64,000 bases of DNA from positions 1 through 64,000 of the IMG/VR virus record IMGVR_UViG_3300021963_000055; one strand, written 5' to 3'. Positions within the stretch are counted from its first letter, which is position 1. Every line of letters starts with the position of its first letter. The notes below the pieces were generated by a model, which saw only the letters and a list, made by a program, of their open reading frames with translations, did no database searches and was not told where the DNA came from. The translations under genes and the position numbers were made by a program. Origin of the DNA: a virus. Shown piece after piece: positions 1 to 6,801 of the stretch.

Positions 1-104
1 GCAGGAACTTCTTCAGAAGAAGTAACATTTTCTGCGAGCACAGGAGCACACAGAGAATTTACAGAAATGGATACAGCAGCAGCAAGAAGAATATTATTAA
101 TCAT
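1..104 (-). CDS. Partial (5' part) secreted/membrane protein with N-terminal signal peptide
   Basis: Manual translation from ATG at 104 (TGATG overlap with the petF stop): [34 protein letters not shown]..., running off the window. Confidence 0.6.
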   Translation of the reverse strand, partial: MINNILLAAAVSISVNSLCAPVLAENVTSSEEVP

Positions 105-397
105 CACAGATTTTCTTCCTGCTCAGTCAGGATAACACAATCACTTGTGGGATATGCTACACAAGTCAGCACCCAACCATCAGCAATCTGGTCGTCGTCA
201 AGGAAGGATTGCTCCTCATTATCTACGGTGCCAGAGATGAGTTTCCCTGCACAAGCTGAACAAGCACCTGCTTTGCACGAAGAAGGAAGGTCAACACCTG
301 CTTCTTCTGCTGCTTCAAGAATGTATTGGTCATCAGAACATTGAATAGTAGTTTCAGTTCCATCGAGAGAACGAAGAGTAACATTGAAAGGGAACAT
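104..397 (-). CDS. petF: Plant-type [2Fe-2S] ferredoxin
   Basis: [10 protein letters not shown]...LTC motif; likely start MFPFNVT at 397, coupled to the upstream TAA. Confidence 0.95.
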   Translation of the reverse strand: MFPFNVTLRSLDGTETTIQCSDDQYILEAAEEAGVDLPSSCKAGACSACAGKLISGTVDNEEQSFLDDDQIADGWVLTCVAYPTSDCVILTEQEENL

Positions 398-483
398 TAG
401 TAAGTCTCGCAAATTTTTTCTACGGATGCTGCCAGTAACACTAAGAAACTGACACTAGTAATTGTAAACAAAAGTTCAGTCAT
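397..483 (-). CDS. 28-aa single-transmembrane peptide ([28 protein letters not shown])
   Basis: Manual translation; fills the hli-petF gap with a TAATG overlap onto the petF start. Confidence 0.65.
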   Translation of the reverse strand: MTELLFTITSVSFLVLLAASVEKICETY

Positions 484-496
484 TGTCAATCAATTG

Positions 497-691
497 TCAG
501 AAGATCCCGAAGAAGAGTTTGCCAGTGAGAGCATAAGAAATAGCCCCAGCAACAATACCGAGCATTGCCCAACGTCCATTATAGGTCTCTTTCCATTCAT
601 TTGGAGTTTGCATACCATAATTGTGGTAGTACATAGTAGGTTCTTTGGCCCACATGTTTTGTTGCCCACGGTCATTAGTCGTTACAGTCAT
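497..691 (-). CDS. hli: High-light inducible protein
   Basis: ETYNGRWAMLG chlorophyll-binding motif, C-terminal TG...GIF, N-terminal MTVTT..GQQNMWAKEP typical of cyanobacterial/cyanophage Hli. Confidence 0.95.
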   Translation of the reverse strand: MTVTTNDRGQQNMWAKEPTMYYHNYGMQTPNEWKETYNGRWAMLGIVAGAISYALTGKLFFGIF

Positions 692-694
692 AAT

Positions 695-871
695 TTACTC
701 AATAGATTTAGAAATTGCATTTTGCTCATCATATAACATTCCCTTTTTAATTAAATCTATTACAAGTCTTGAAGTTGTAATAAATTTTTCATCACTTATT
801 TTTTTCAATTCATGAAGTATATGCACATCTTTTTCTCTAAAAGATATGTTCAAGTTTCTTTGTGTAGTCAT
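695..871 (-). CDS. 58-aa putative ribbon-helix-helix DNA-binding protein
   Basis: Manual translation MTTQRNLNISFREKDVHILHELKKISDEKFITTSRLVIDLIKKGMLYDEQNAISKSIE; beta-alpha-alpha pattern. Confidence 0.6.
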   Translation of the reverse strand: MTTQRNLNISFREKDVHILHELKKISDEKFITTSRLVIDLIKKGMLYDEQNAISKSIE

Positions 872-901
872 TATTAATAAATGTTACAATAGTATATATG
901 A

Positions 902-923
902 AAAAGGGGGTTGTATAACCCCC
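902..923 (-). terminator. Rho-independent terminator after the porin-like gene
   Basis: GGGGTT-ATAC-AACCCC followed by a T run on the minus strand. Confidence 0.75.
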
Positions 924-936
924 AATTGTCAGAAAA

Positions 937-1803
937 TCAGAACTTAAAGCCTAGACCAGTGGTGAACACAGGACTATAAGCGGCATCAGCACCACCATAT
1001 GCATTACCAGCATTAGTGGTAGGGAACTTCAGATCTGCAAAACCAACTAGGGAGTTAGTTAGACGACCTTCAACCCCTAGAGCAAGCACAACTTGACCCT
1101 TCTCACCAATAGCAGACTGATAGTTTGATTGAGTACCATTGGTGAAAGGAACTTGATAACCAACACCAGCATAGATGTTAGCAGCACTCACACCTGCCTT
1201 ACGGGCGATAGACCAATCATAGGAGATGAGACCACCACCAGCGGTGCCGATGTTGCTGTCAGGTCCAGCAACGGCATTCAGGTAAGGACGAACCGACACA
1301 GCATTCTGATTGCTGAAAGTCTTGGCAGCGTAACGTGCTTGGAGAGTACCACCAGAGATAGTACGGTTGGCAGTATAACCACCACCATCAACACCTTGCT
1401 TATTCAGCAGCACACCGATACCAACGTAGTTACCAACGCCTTGTGCTTTCTGAGCAGCAGCAACCTCAAGGGCGCTTACGCGAGCGTTAACGGTAGCAAA
1501 CTCAGCACGAAGAGCAGCAGCGAGTTTAGCATCTGCTTCAGACTGATACTCAGTAATGCGGTCCAGGCAAGCGTTGGTGAGAGCAGCAAGCTCAGCACGG
1601 GTAGCGGGTTGTCCAGGTTCAAAAGTACCATTAGGATAACCAGCGATACAACCGTAACGCGACACCAAATTGGAGATGGCCTGATAAGACCACTCGGTGG
1701 GTTGAACATCACGCAATTGTGAAACACTAGTGATTTGTGCCATGGCAGGAGCAGCAACAGAAGCAGCAACTACACCAGCAGTGATAAGTGAACGAATCAT
1801 CAT
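937..1803 (-). CDS. SLH-domain outer-membrane protein (short cyanobacterial porin/Som-like)
   Basis: Signal peptide; SLH motif DVQPTEWSYQAI..LVSRYGCIAGYPNGTF...TRAE; amphipathic beta strands; terminal GLGFKF. Confidence 0.85.
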   Translation of the reverse strand: MMIRSLITAGVVAASVAAPAMAQITSVSQLRDVQPTEWSYQAISNLVSRYGCIAGYPNGTFEPGQPATRAELAALTNACLDRITEYQSEADAKLAAALRAEFATVNARVSALEVAAAQKAQGVGNYVGIGVLLNKQGVDGGGYTANRTISGGTLQARYAAKTFSNQNAVSVRPYLNAVAGPDSNIGTAGGGLISYDWSIARKAGVSAANIYAGVGYQVPFTNGTQSNYQSAIGEKGQVVLALGVEGRLTNSLVGFADLKFPTTNAGNAYGGADAAYSPVFTTGLGFKF

Positions 1804-1831
1804 AATTCAAAAAATGATTGAGTACAGATTT

Positions 1832-1839
1832 TATTTATA
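1832..1839 (-). promoter_or_regulatory. T4-type late promoter (gp55)
   Basis: TATAAATA upstream of the porin-like gene. Confidence 0.7.
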
Positions 1840-1878
1840 TTGTTAGAAACCGTAACACAGTTCGGTTCCTTCCCCAAT

Positions 1879-1907
1879 ATTATAGGGTAAAAGGTGGGGG
1901 CTGTCAA
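1879..1907 (-). promoter_or_regulatory. Sigma70-type early promoter
   Basis: TTGACA-N17-TATAAT; the -35 lies inside the hairpin GGGGGTTGACAGCCCCC. Confidence 0.8.
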
Positions 1908-1914
1908 CCCCCTT

Positions 1915-2313
1915 GCAGGCTCGCCACCAATTTTGATTACGAGAAAATTGGAAACTCGGCGGGAGCGTAAACTCCTCATCCGCACCAGTCGGCATATTTA
2001 ATGTCCAATCCGACGAGGACTAATTTGGGTCATTGACTCCACCAGGGTATTTTTTAAGTCATTCCAAGACTTCTAAATCTTTGTATATTTGCCAGATATA
2101 CTGTTTGTGTTCTTCAAGTTTTTCGATTGTTTCTTGAAGTTTGGTATAATTTTTCAAATTCATTTGGGGTTGAATTTGTTTAAGTGTAGTAATTACACTT
2201 TGAATTTCACTACATACATGAGATAACTTGAAAGAACGATAGTTTGTTTGTTCCATTTGAATTTTAAGGGGTTGCTCCCGACCAGGGCAGAGTTTATAGT
2301 CTACTCCGAGACT
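1915..2313 (-). ncRNA. manA-like structured RNA (cyanophage motif) interrupted by an ORF
   Basis: Repeated AGTC..GG..GACT hairpins, CCCTGGT(C/G)GG, TGGTGCGGATG..CTCCCGCC and 3' TGGCGAGCC resemble the manA motif as recalled; own promoter at 2338-2366. Confidence 0.6.
2059..2256 (-). CDS. Hypothetical coiled-coil protein inside the manA-like RNA
   Basis: 65-aa ORF with phage-like AT-rich codon use. Confidence 0.6.
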   Translation of the reverse strand: MEQTNYRSFKLSHVCSEIQSVITTLKQIQPQMNLKNYTKLQETIEKLEEHKQYIWQIYKDLEVLE

Positions 2314-2337
2314 AATAAAATTGATCTAAAAATATTT

Positions 2338-2366
2338 AGTCTATCACAGAATTTGTTTTGTGTCAA
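2338..2366 (-). promoter_or_regulatory. Sigma70-type promoter for the manA-like RNA
   Basis: TTGACA-N17-TAGACT, overlapped by late-like CTAAATA. Confidence 0.65.
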
Positions 2367-2369
2367 GAG

Positions 2370-3047
2370 TCAAATCATTACTAGTTTTTCATGACCAACC
2401 CTGCAGGTAGGATCTACCCAAATTTCAAATCCTGCATCTTTTGCATCATGACAAAATGCAACATCTTCAGAACATACATCCTGAATATTTTCTGCAATAT
2501 TAATTAATTTTGGAGCAAACCAAGGATATTCAATTTTTTCAAATACTCCTTGTTTAATTAACACCCAACCAAAACCAATGTAATCTACTTTAAATGGTTC
2601 AGTTTTTTCAAGAAGTTCATTTGATGTTAAAAATTTATAGGTTCCATTCTCAATAAAATATTCCGAATCCATAGTCTCAACGACTGGAGTATAAAACCCA
2701 TTAGATAAATCGCCACCTGGCTGTGAATACCAACCAGAAGCTATATCTTTATCCATAGAAATTAATTTTTCAAGCATTTGAAAATTGAATCTAATGTCGG
2801 AGTCAATCCACATCATATAATCATAATCCATTCCATTAAAAGGAAGTTGAGTTTTTCCTTCTAGCACATCTGCAGCTAAACACTTGCATCTAGCAAAGTT
2901 AACCATACTAGAGTATTGCTGCGAAATTTTAAAGTTTCCACCTTGATTGGAAATATAAGACAATAATTCAATAAAATTAACTAAAAAATCGCCCGAATAA
3001 TTATTTCCTGGCAAACAAAAAATAATACTTTTATCTTTTAAACTCAT
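2370..3047 (-). CDS. Glycosyltransferase (GT-A fold)
   Basis: WIDSD DxD motif, GFGWVLIK, SEDVAFC, VGHEK. Confidence 0.8.
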   Translation of the reverse strand: MSLKDKSIIFCLPGNNYSGDFLVNFIELLSYISNQGGNFKISQQYSSMVNFARCKCLAADVLEGKTQLPFNGMDYDYMMWIDSDIRFNFQMLEKLISMDKDIASGWYSQPGGDLSNGFYTPVVETMDSEYFIENGTYKFLTSNELLEKTEPFKVDYIGFGWVLIKQGVFEKIEYPWFAPKLINIAENIQDVCSEDVAFCHDAKDAGFEIWVDPTCRVGHEKLVMI

Positions 3048-3049
3048 AA

Positions 3050-3223
3050 TTAATGTTTGAATTTTAGTTTGTTGCACTCGTTACAATAATAAGAAAACCC
3101 AGTGCTAAAGTATTTTACCACTTGGTAGTGGTTTTTGTCAAGGGGGTATTCAGTGGAACAGTTGGAACACTGTCTAGTCCCACCACCAACAGAGGTTTTC
3201 AAGGGTGTTGATGAATTGCTCAT
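3050..3223 (-). CDS. Small zinc-finger protein
   Basis: CSNC...CNEC; start uncertain. Confidence 0.55.
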   Translation of the reverse strand: MSNSSTPLKTSVGGGTRQCSNCSTEYPLDKNHYQVVKYFSTGFSYYCNECNKLKFKH

Positions 3224-3755
3224 GATAGACCGTGCGACTCGGATTAGGTTTACCATCTTTCATGTCTTGTAGATACTGCATTATACCACGAACTACTGGA
3301 GTGTCTTGGAAGTATTCGTGCATTCGATAACAATTAAATTTTTCGTTGTACTGGATGAAGTCATGCAATGGTGCCATGTTGCGACGGTATGCACGAATGA
3401 ATACATCTTCATCTTTAATACCGTGCTTGTTGCGAATGTCAAGTGGTGTATATTTTTCACCATTATATTCTTCATCAAGTTTTTCTGGATCACCAAATAC
3501 AAAATGAAGATCTTCGTAATACTTTTCCATTAACTCAAGGTTTGGTGCTACACGAAGTTCTTCATTCTCTTCCATGTAATATTTCATTCGATTAATTGCA
3601 TCTGGATCTGTTAGACGGAATACAATATTACCAATGTAATAGTCTACAGGACCACCATAAAGACTGCTTGATGTTCTTTTACGAAAAGAGAGGTGGATTA
3701 TTTCAAATCCAGCCTCTTCATTCTCTTCTCCAACTAGTCCTTGAGAAAATGTCAT
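3174..3755 (-). CDS. Hypothetical protein
   Basis: 193-aa ORF in operon context. Confidence 0.75.
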   Translation of the reverse strand: MTFSQGLVGEENEEAGFEIIHLSFRKRTSSSLYGGPVDYYIGNIVFRLTDPDAINRMKYYMEENEELRVAPNLELMEKYYEDLHFVFGDPEKLDEEYNGEKYTPLDIRNKHGIKDEDVFIRAYRRNMAPLHDFIQYNEKFNCYRMHEYFQDTPVVRGIMQYLQDMKDGKPNPSRTVYHEQFINTLENLCWWWD

Positions 3756-3757
3756 AA

Positions 3758-3967
3758 TTAATGAAACCCAAAGTTTGAATTGTCTAACTCGTTGCCTTGT
3801 TTAATTTCTTGTTTACGAAGCTTTTTAAGCTCTTTTACTAGATCTTTAATTTGTTTGTATGCATCATCTGCATGGAGTTTTCCACCAACTTCAAGCCCAA
3901 CGATAACTTGAACTCGATCTCCAAACTGAGCAAGTTGTTTTTCAAAGGTAGTTAGTTCTTCATACAT
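3758..3967 (-). CDS. Small helical protein similar to a conserved cyanobacterial hypothetical family
   Basis: QF..RV..I..LE.GGKL....AYKQIK.L.K.LK pattern. Confidence 0.7.
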   Translation of the reverse strand: MYEELTTFEKQLAQFGDRVQVIVGLEVGGKLHADDAYKQIKDLVKELKKLRKQEIKQGNELDNSNFGFH

Positions 3968-3986
3968 GGCAGGTATTTAATTTTAA

Positions 3987-4060
3987 AGCCCAAGATCGGA
4001 CTTGAACCGATGGCCTACGCTTTACAAAAGCGTTGCTCTATCCAACTGAGCTACTCAGGC
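3987..4060 (-). tRNA. tRNA-Thr(UGU)
   Basis: Cloverleaf; anticodon arm ACGCT-TTTGTAA-AGCGT; GGTTCAAGTCC T-arm. Confidence 0.95.
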
Positions 4061-4323
4061 ATGTCTTCAGGATTTTCTAGATCAACTGGAAATAAACAAG
4101 GATGACATTCTTCATCAATCAAATAGAATGAAGTGCGGTACAAATCTTCAGGAGCATATTCCTGATTATTTGATGCATCTATTTGAACGTAAGGGTCATC
4201 CTGCATGATTTGAGGAATCTCTTCAAAAGTAAAAGGTACGTTGTTGATGAAATACATTTCCACAATTTCATTGTTGTAGTAACAATACTTTGAGGAAATT
4301 TTGTATTTCATAACTGTATCCAC
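4051..4323 (-). CDS. Hypothetical protein
   Basis: 90-aa acidic ORF; stop overlaps the tRNA-Thr 5' end. Confidence 0.7.
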   Translation of the reverse strand: MDTVMKYKISSKYCYYNNEIVEMYFINNVPFTFEEIPQIMQDDPYVQIDASNNQEYAPEDLYRTSFYLIDEECHPCLFPVDLENPEDMPE

Positions 4324-4345
4324 CGATACTGATATTTATCGGTAA

Positions 4346-4417
4346 CTGGCGTGGTAGGAATCGAACCTACAGTCCTACGATTAACAGTCGTTTGCATTAC
4401 CGTTATGCTACACGCCA
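4346..4417 (-). tRNA. tRNA-Asn(GUU)
   Basis: Cloverleaf; anticodon loop CTGTTAA. Confidence 0.93.
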
Positions 4418-4420
4418 TTG

Positions 4421-4601
4421 TGGTAGGTGGAGATAACGTTGCCTATGTTATCCCTCTTTACTTCATCCAGCCACAGAATACTAGACCAGCGAGAGGTTTT
4501 GGCACCTACAATTTTAAGGGCAAGAGTATCCACCTACGATAAAATCTACGATGTGGCCTAGGGGACTCTTTGTTTAATACAACGTTCCTTGTTGCACCCT
4601 T
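4421..4601 (-). ncRNA. Two candidate structured RNAs in the tRNA cluster
   Basis: Closing stems AAGGG/CCCTT (4516-4601) and GTAGGTG/CACCTAC (4421-4510), each with internal hairpins. Confidence 0.45.
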
Positions 4602-4640
4602 TACTACAGCATTCTGGTTTATCTTTCCAGTGCCATTAGT

Positions 4641-4713
4641 ACCTCTGGCTGGGAATCGAACCCAGTTTCCAAGTGCATTATCTGCCTGTCCTTACCAATA
4701 GACTAACAGAGGA
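4641..4713 (-). ncRNA. tRNA-like RNA with aberrant anticodon arm
   Basis: Acceptor CCTCTG/CAGAGG, D-loop with GG, T-arm CTGGG-TTCGATT-CCCAG, no canonical anticodon loop. Confidence 0.65.
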
Positions 4714-4717
4714 TATA

Positions 4718-4882
4718 CTAATTTTGCTGTAGAAGATATTCTACTGTATTTGCCACATCATTCATAGCATCACGAAGATTAGGACGTTGACCAGATTCTT
4801 GTTTGATAACTGGTCGGTGATCATCAGTTAGAGTCCACCTCCACTGTTTCATGTCTTTACAATACCAAAGATTAATCTTCAT
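4718..4882 (-). CDS. 54-aa hypothetical protein (MKINLWYCKDMKQWRWTLTDD...)
   Basis: Manual translation; overlaps the 3' end of the upstream ORF. Confidence 0.7.
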   Translation of the reverse strand: MKINLWYCKDMKQWRWTLTDDHRPVIKQESGQRPNLRDAMNDVANTVEYLLQQN

Positions 4883-5030
4883 GTTTATAATACTCTAGTT
4901 CAATCCAATTAAGGAGTGTTTGAAATGCATTAATAGATGCTTGAGTACAATTATCTTCTTTAAGTCGATGAATGTAAAACTCAAGAGCTTCAATGACCAT
5001 CTGACGGTCAGTTTGTGAAATAAGTGACAT
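4872..5030 (-). CDS. 52-aa hypothetical protein (MSLISQTDRQMVIEALEFY...)
   Basis: Manual translation with GAGG Shine-Dalgarno. Confidence 0.7.
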   Translation of the reverse strand: MSLISQTDRQMVIEALEFYIHRLKEDNCTQASINAFQTLLNWIELEYYKHED

Positions 5031-5052
5031 AGTAACCTCAATGTATGAGGGA

Positions 5053-5123
5053 AGCGGGAAACGGGGATCGAACCCGTGATTTCAACTTGGAAGGATGACG
5101 TGTTACCGCTACACCATTCCCGC
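5053..5123 (-). tRNA. tRNA-Gly(UCC)
   Basis: Cloverleaf; anticodon loop CTTCCAA. Confidence 0.93.
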
Positions 5124-5172
5124 AGTGACCCCTCTGTTTGAGCATCGTTGATAGGCTTGAGGGGTATTGAGT

Positions 5173-5424
5173 TTATTTATTAAATGTGATTACATCATCT
5201 TGGTAATAAGGTGTTGATGATGGAATTACTGTATCGCCTAGTTTAATTTCATATTTTGAACTAGTTTCTTGTGCTTTCTTCATTACAATAATGTAACCTA
5301 GCTTTTGTAAAGCTTCAGCAATAGAATGAAGAGTATAAGGATCTTCATGCATTGCACCTAGTTCAAGTGCAGAACGAAGTGCATGTTCAGCCTTTTCAAT
5401 TTGATACTTAACTGAATCGCCCAT
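5173..5424 (-). CDS. Hypothetical protein
   Basis: Start MGDSVKYQ chosen downstream of tRNA-Ala. Confidence 0.7.
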   Translation of the reverse strand: MGDSVKYQIEKAEHALRSALELGAMHEDPYTLHSIAEALQKLGYIIVMKKAQETSSKYEIKLGDTVIPSSTPYYQDDVITFNK

Positions 5425-5443
5425 GATAATTATATAGTGGGGA

Positions 5444-5516
5444 TGGAGAATAGCGGACTTGAACCGCTGACATCCTGCTTGCAAAGCAGGCGCTCTACCA
5501 ACTGAGCTAATTCCCC
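5444..5516 (-). tRNA. tRNA-Ala(UGC)
   Basis: Cloverleaf; CCTGC-TTTGCAA-GCAGG; G3:U70. Confidence 0.95.
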
Positions 5517-5635
5517 AGATGGATTAAGTGTGATATATCTCATAAGGATATATCAGGGACTTAATCTCTATCCGTATACTGACTTTGCAGTTCACCGACA
5601 ATTTACCGTCAGAATGGAAGTTCTGGAAACGGCAA

Positions 5636-5710
5636 TCGGGATGATAGGACTTGAACCTACGACTTCCGCTTCCCAAAAGCGGCGCTCTAGCCAAACTGAG
5701 CTACATCCCG
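5636..5710 (-). tRNA. tRNA-Pro(UGG)
   Basis: Cloverleaf; CCGCT-TTTGGGA-AGCGG. Confidence 0.95.
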
Positions 5711-5714
5711 TAGT

Positions 5715-5897
5715 GAATGGTGGGAGTCTGTCATACCCACAACCTGGAAGGTTACACTGACAACCGTATTTTCCAAGTACCTAGATTCTTCTTGGTCGGA
5801 AGTTCTATACCTTTGATTTCTCAACGATACAGCGGGCACCACCCCTAATCCGTTGCATTATCCCGTGAGTAACCACAAGGATTATTCTGCCACATTC
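5715..5897 (-). ncRNA. Candidate ~180-nt structured RNA between tRNA-Ile and tRNA-Pro
   Basis: Terminal pairing GAATG/CATTC, GAAA tetraloop hairpin, several further stems, no ORF of 60 aa or more. Confidence 0.5.
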
Positions 5898-5920
5898 TTT
5901 AGAGATCCGTCAACCTCTAA

Positions 5921-5991
5921 TAGGAACACTGGGAATTGAACCCAGACCAACCCGTTATAAGCAGGCCGCTCTACCATTAAGCTATGCTCCC
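5921..5991 (-). tRNA. tRNA-Ile(UAU)
   Basis: Cloverleaf; anticodon loop CTTATAA; discriminator A. Confidence 0.88.
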
Positions 5992-6000
5992 GAGACTAAA

Positions 6001-6255
6001 TTATCGAACTTCGTAATCTAGTCTACGTATTCGTCTTTTCGGCACATCAACTTGATCAATAACTTTGGGTTTTGGTTTTGGTTTCATAAATCCACTCACC
6101 ATTTCAACTTGGCTGATGTCTTGTCCTATTATAACAGGTAACCCATTGTTGTCAAGTCTTATGTATGTCTCATTAGGACACTTACATGACTGACCTCTAT
6201 TTGGTGTTGCTACCTGAAGTGTTGCATTGCAACATTTACATCTGATTGTGTACAT
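6001..6255 (-). CDS. Cys-rich (zinc ribbon) hypothetical protein
   Basis: RCKCC...SCKCPN; C-terminal RRLDYEVR. Confidence 0.75.
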   Translation of the reverse strand: MYTIRCKCCNATLQVATPNRGQSCKCPNETYIRLDNNGLPVIIGQDISQVEMVSGFMKPKPKPKVIDQVDVPKRRIRRLDYEVR

Positions 6256-6284
6256 TGTGTCATACCTTAAATATTCAGTTGTCA

Positions 6285-6358
6285 CGACTCAGGAGGGACT
6301 TGAACCCCCGACCAACTGCTTAGAAGGCAGATGCTCTATCCAACTGAGCTACTGAGTC
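6285..6358 (-). tRNA. tRNA-Arg(UCU)
   Basis: Cloverleaf; anticodon loop CTTCTAA. Confidence 0.95.
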
Positions 6359-6764
6359 ATTGATTTGATTTTACCATGTTCTCGGGGCAGTTGTCAACCC
6401 ATGGGGCACACAACCTCATTTCCCCTCCAAGTGCTCGACACTCATCAGTATAACACACATCAGTGTCAACTGGTTTCTCTGAGTATCGTGGTGGTGATAT
6501 TGTAACACGTCCTGTGTCACCTGTCAAGCGTTCATAATCTCTGATTGCTTTATCGACATCTCTCTTAACACGACGGTCAAGTAATGTCGGATCCTTTATT
6601 ATATAGTCGTTTAATTGACTCTTTGGAAAATATTTTCTTTGAACTTCGTCAATCAGGTCATACCAATGTACTGCATCAATCCCTGTGCATTTTGTAAGTA
6701 AACCTACTGATGAAGTAAGAATAACTCCTATGATAGCAAAATTTATAACTTGCTTTTTATTCAT
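6357..6764 (-). CDS. Hypothetical membrane-anchored protein
   Basis: N-terminal hydrophobic helix; Cys-rich C terminus. Confidence 0.7.
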   Translation of the reverse strand: MNKKQVINFAIIGVILTSSVGLLTKCTGIDAVHWYDLIDEVQRKYFPKSQLNDYIIKDPTLLDRRVKRDVDKAIRDYERLTGDTGRVTISPPRYSEKPVDTDVCYTDECRALGGEMRLCAPWVDNCPENMVKSNQ

Positions 6765-6801
6765 GAGAAAGGGGAGAACGAATCTCCCCATTATTTATCT
6801 G

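Noticed and set aside
870-890. Possible NtcA site upstream of the RHH-hli operon (GTA-ACATTTAT-TAA on minus)
   Set aside because: Right half-site mismatched in very AT-rich DNA; too weak to call
1129-1722. 197-aa plus-strand ORF
   Set aside because: Antisense shadow of the porin-like gene with no motif
1800-1985. 61-aa minus ORF
   Set aside because: Runs through the manA-like RNA, hairpin and promoters; likely spurious
4440-4475. CTGGATGAAG resembling a hammerhead core
   Set aside because: Lacks exact CUGANGA and properly placed GAAA and stems
4351-4542. ORFs overlapping tRNAs (also 5530-5760 and 7165-7359)
   Set aside because: Translations of tRNA or structured RNA sequence
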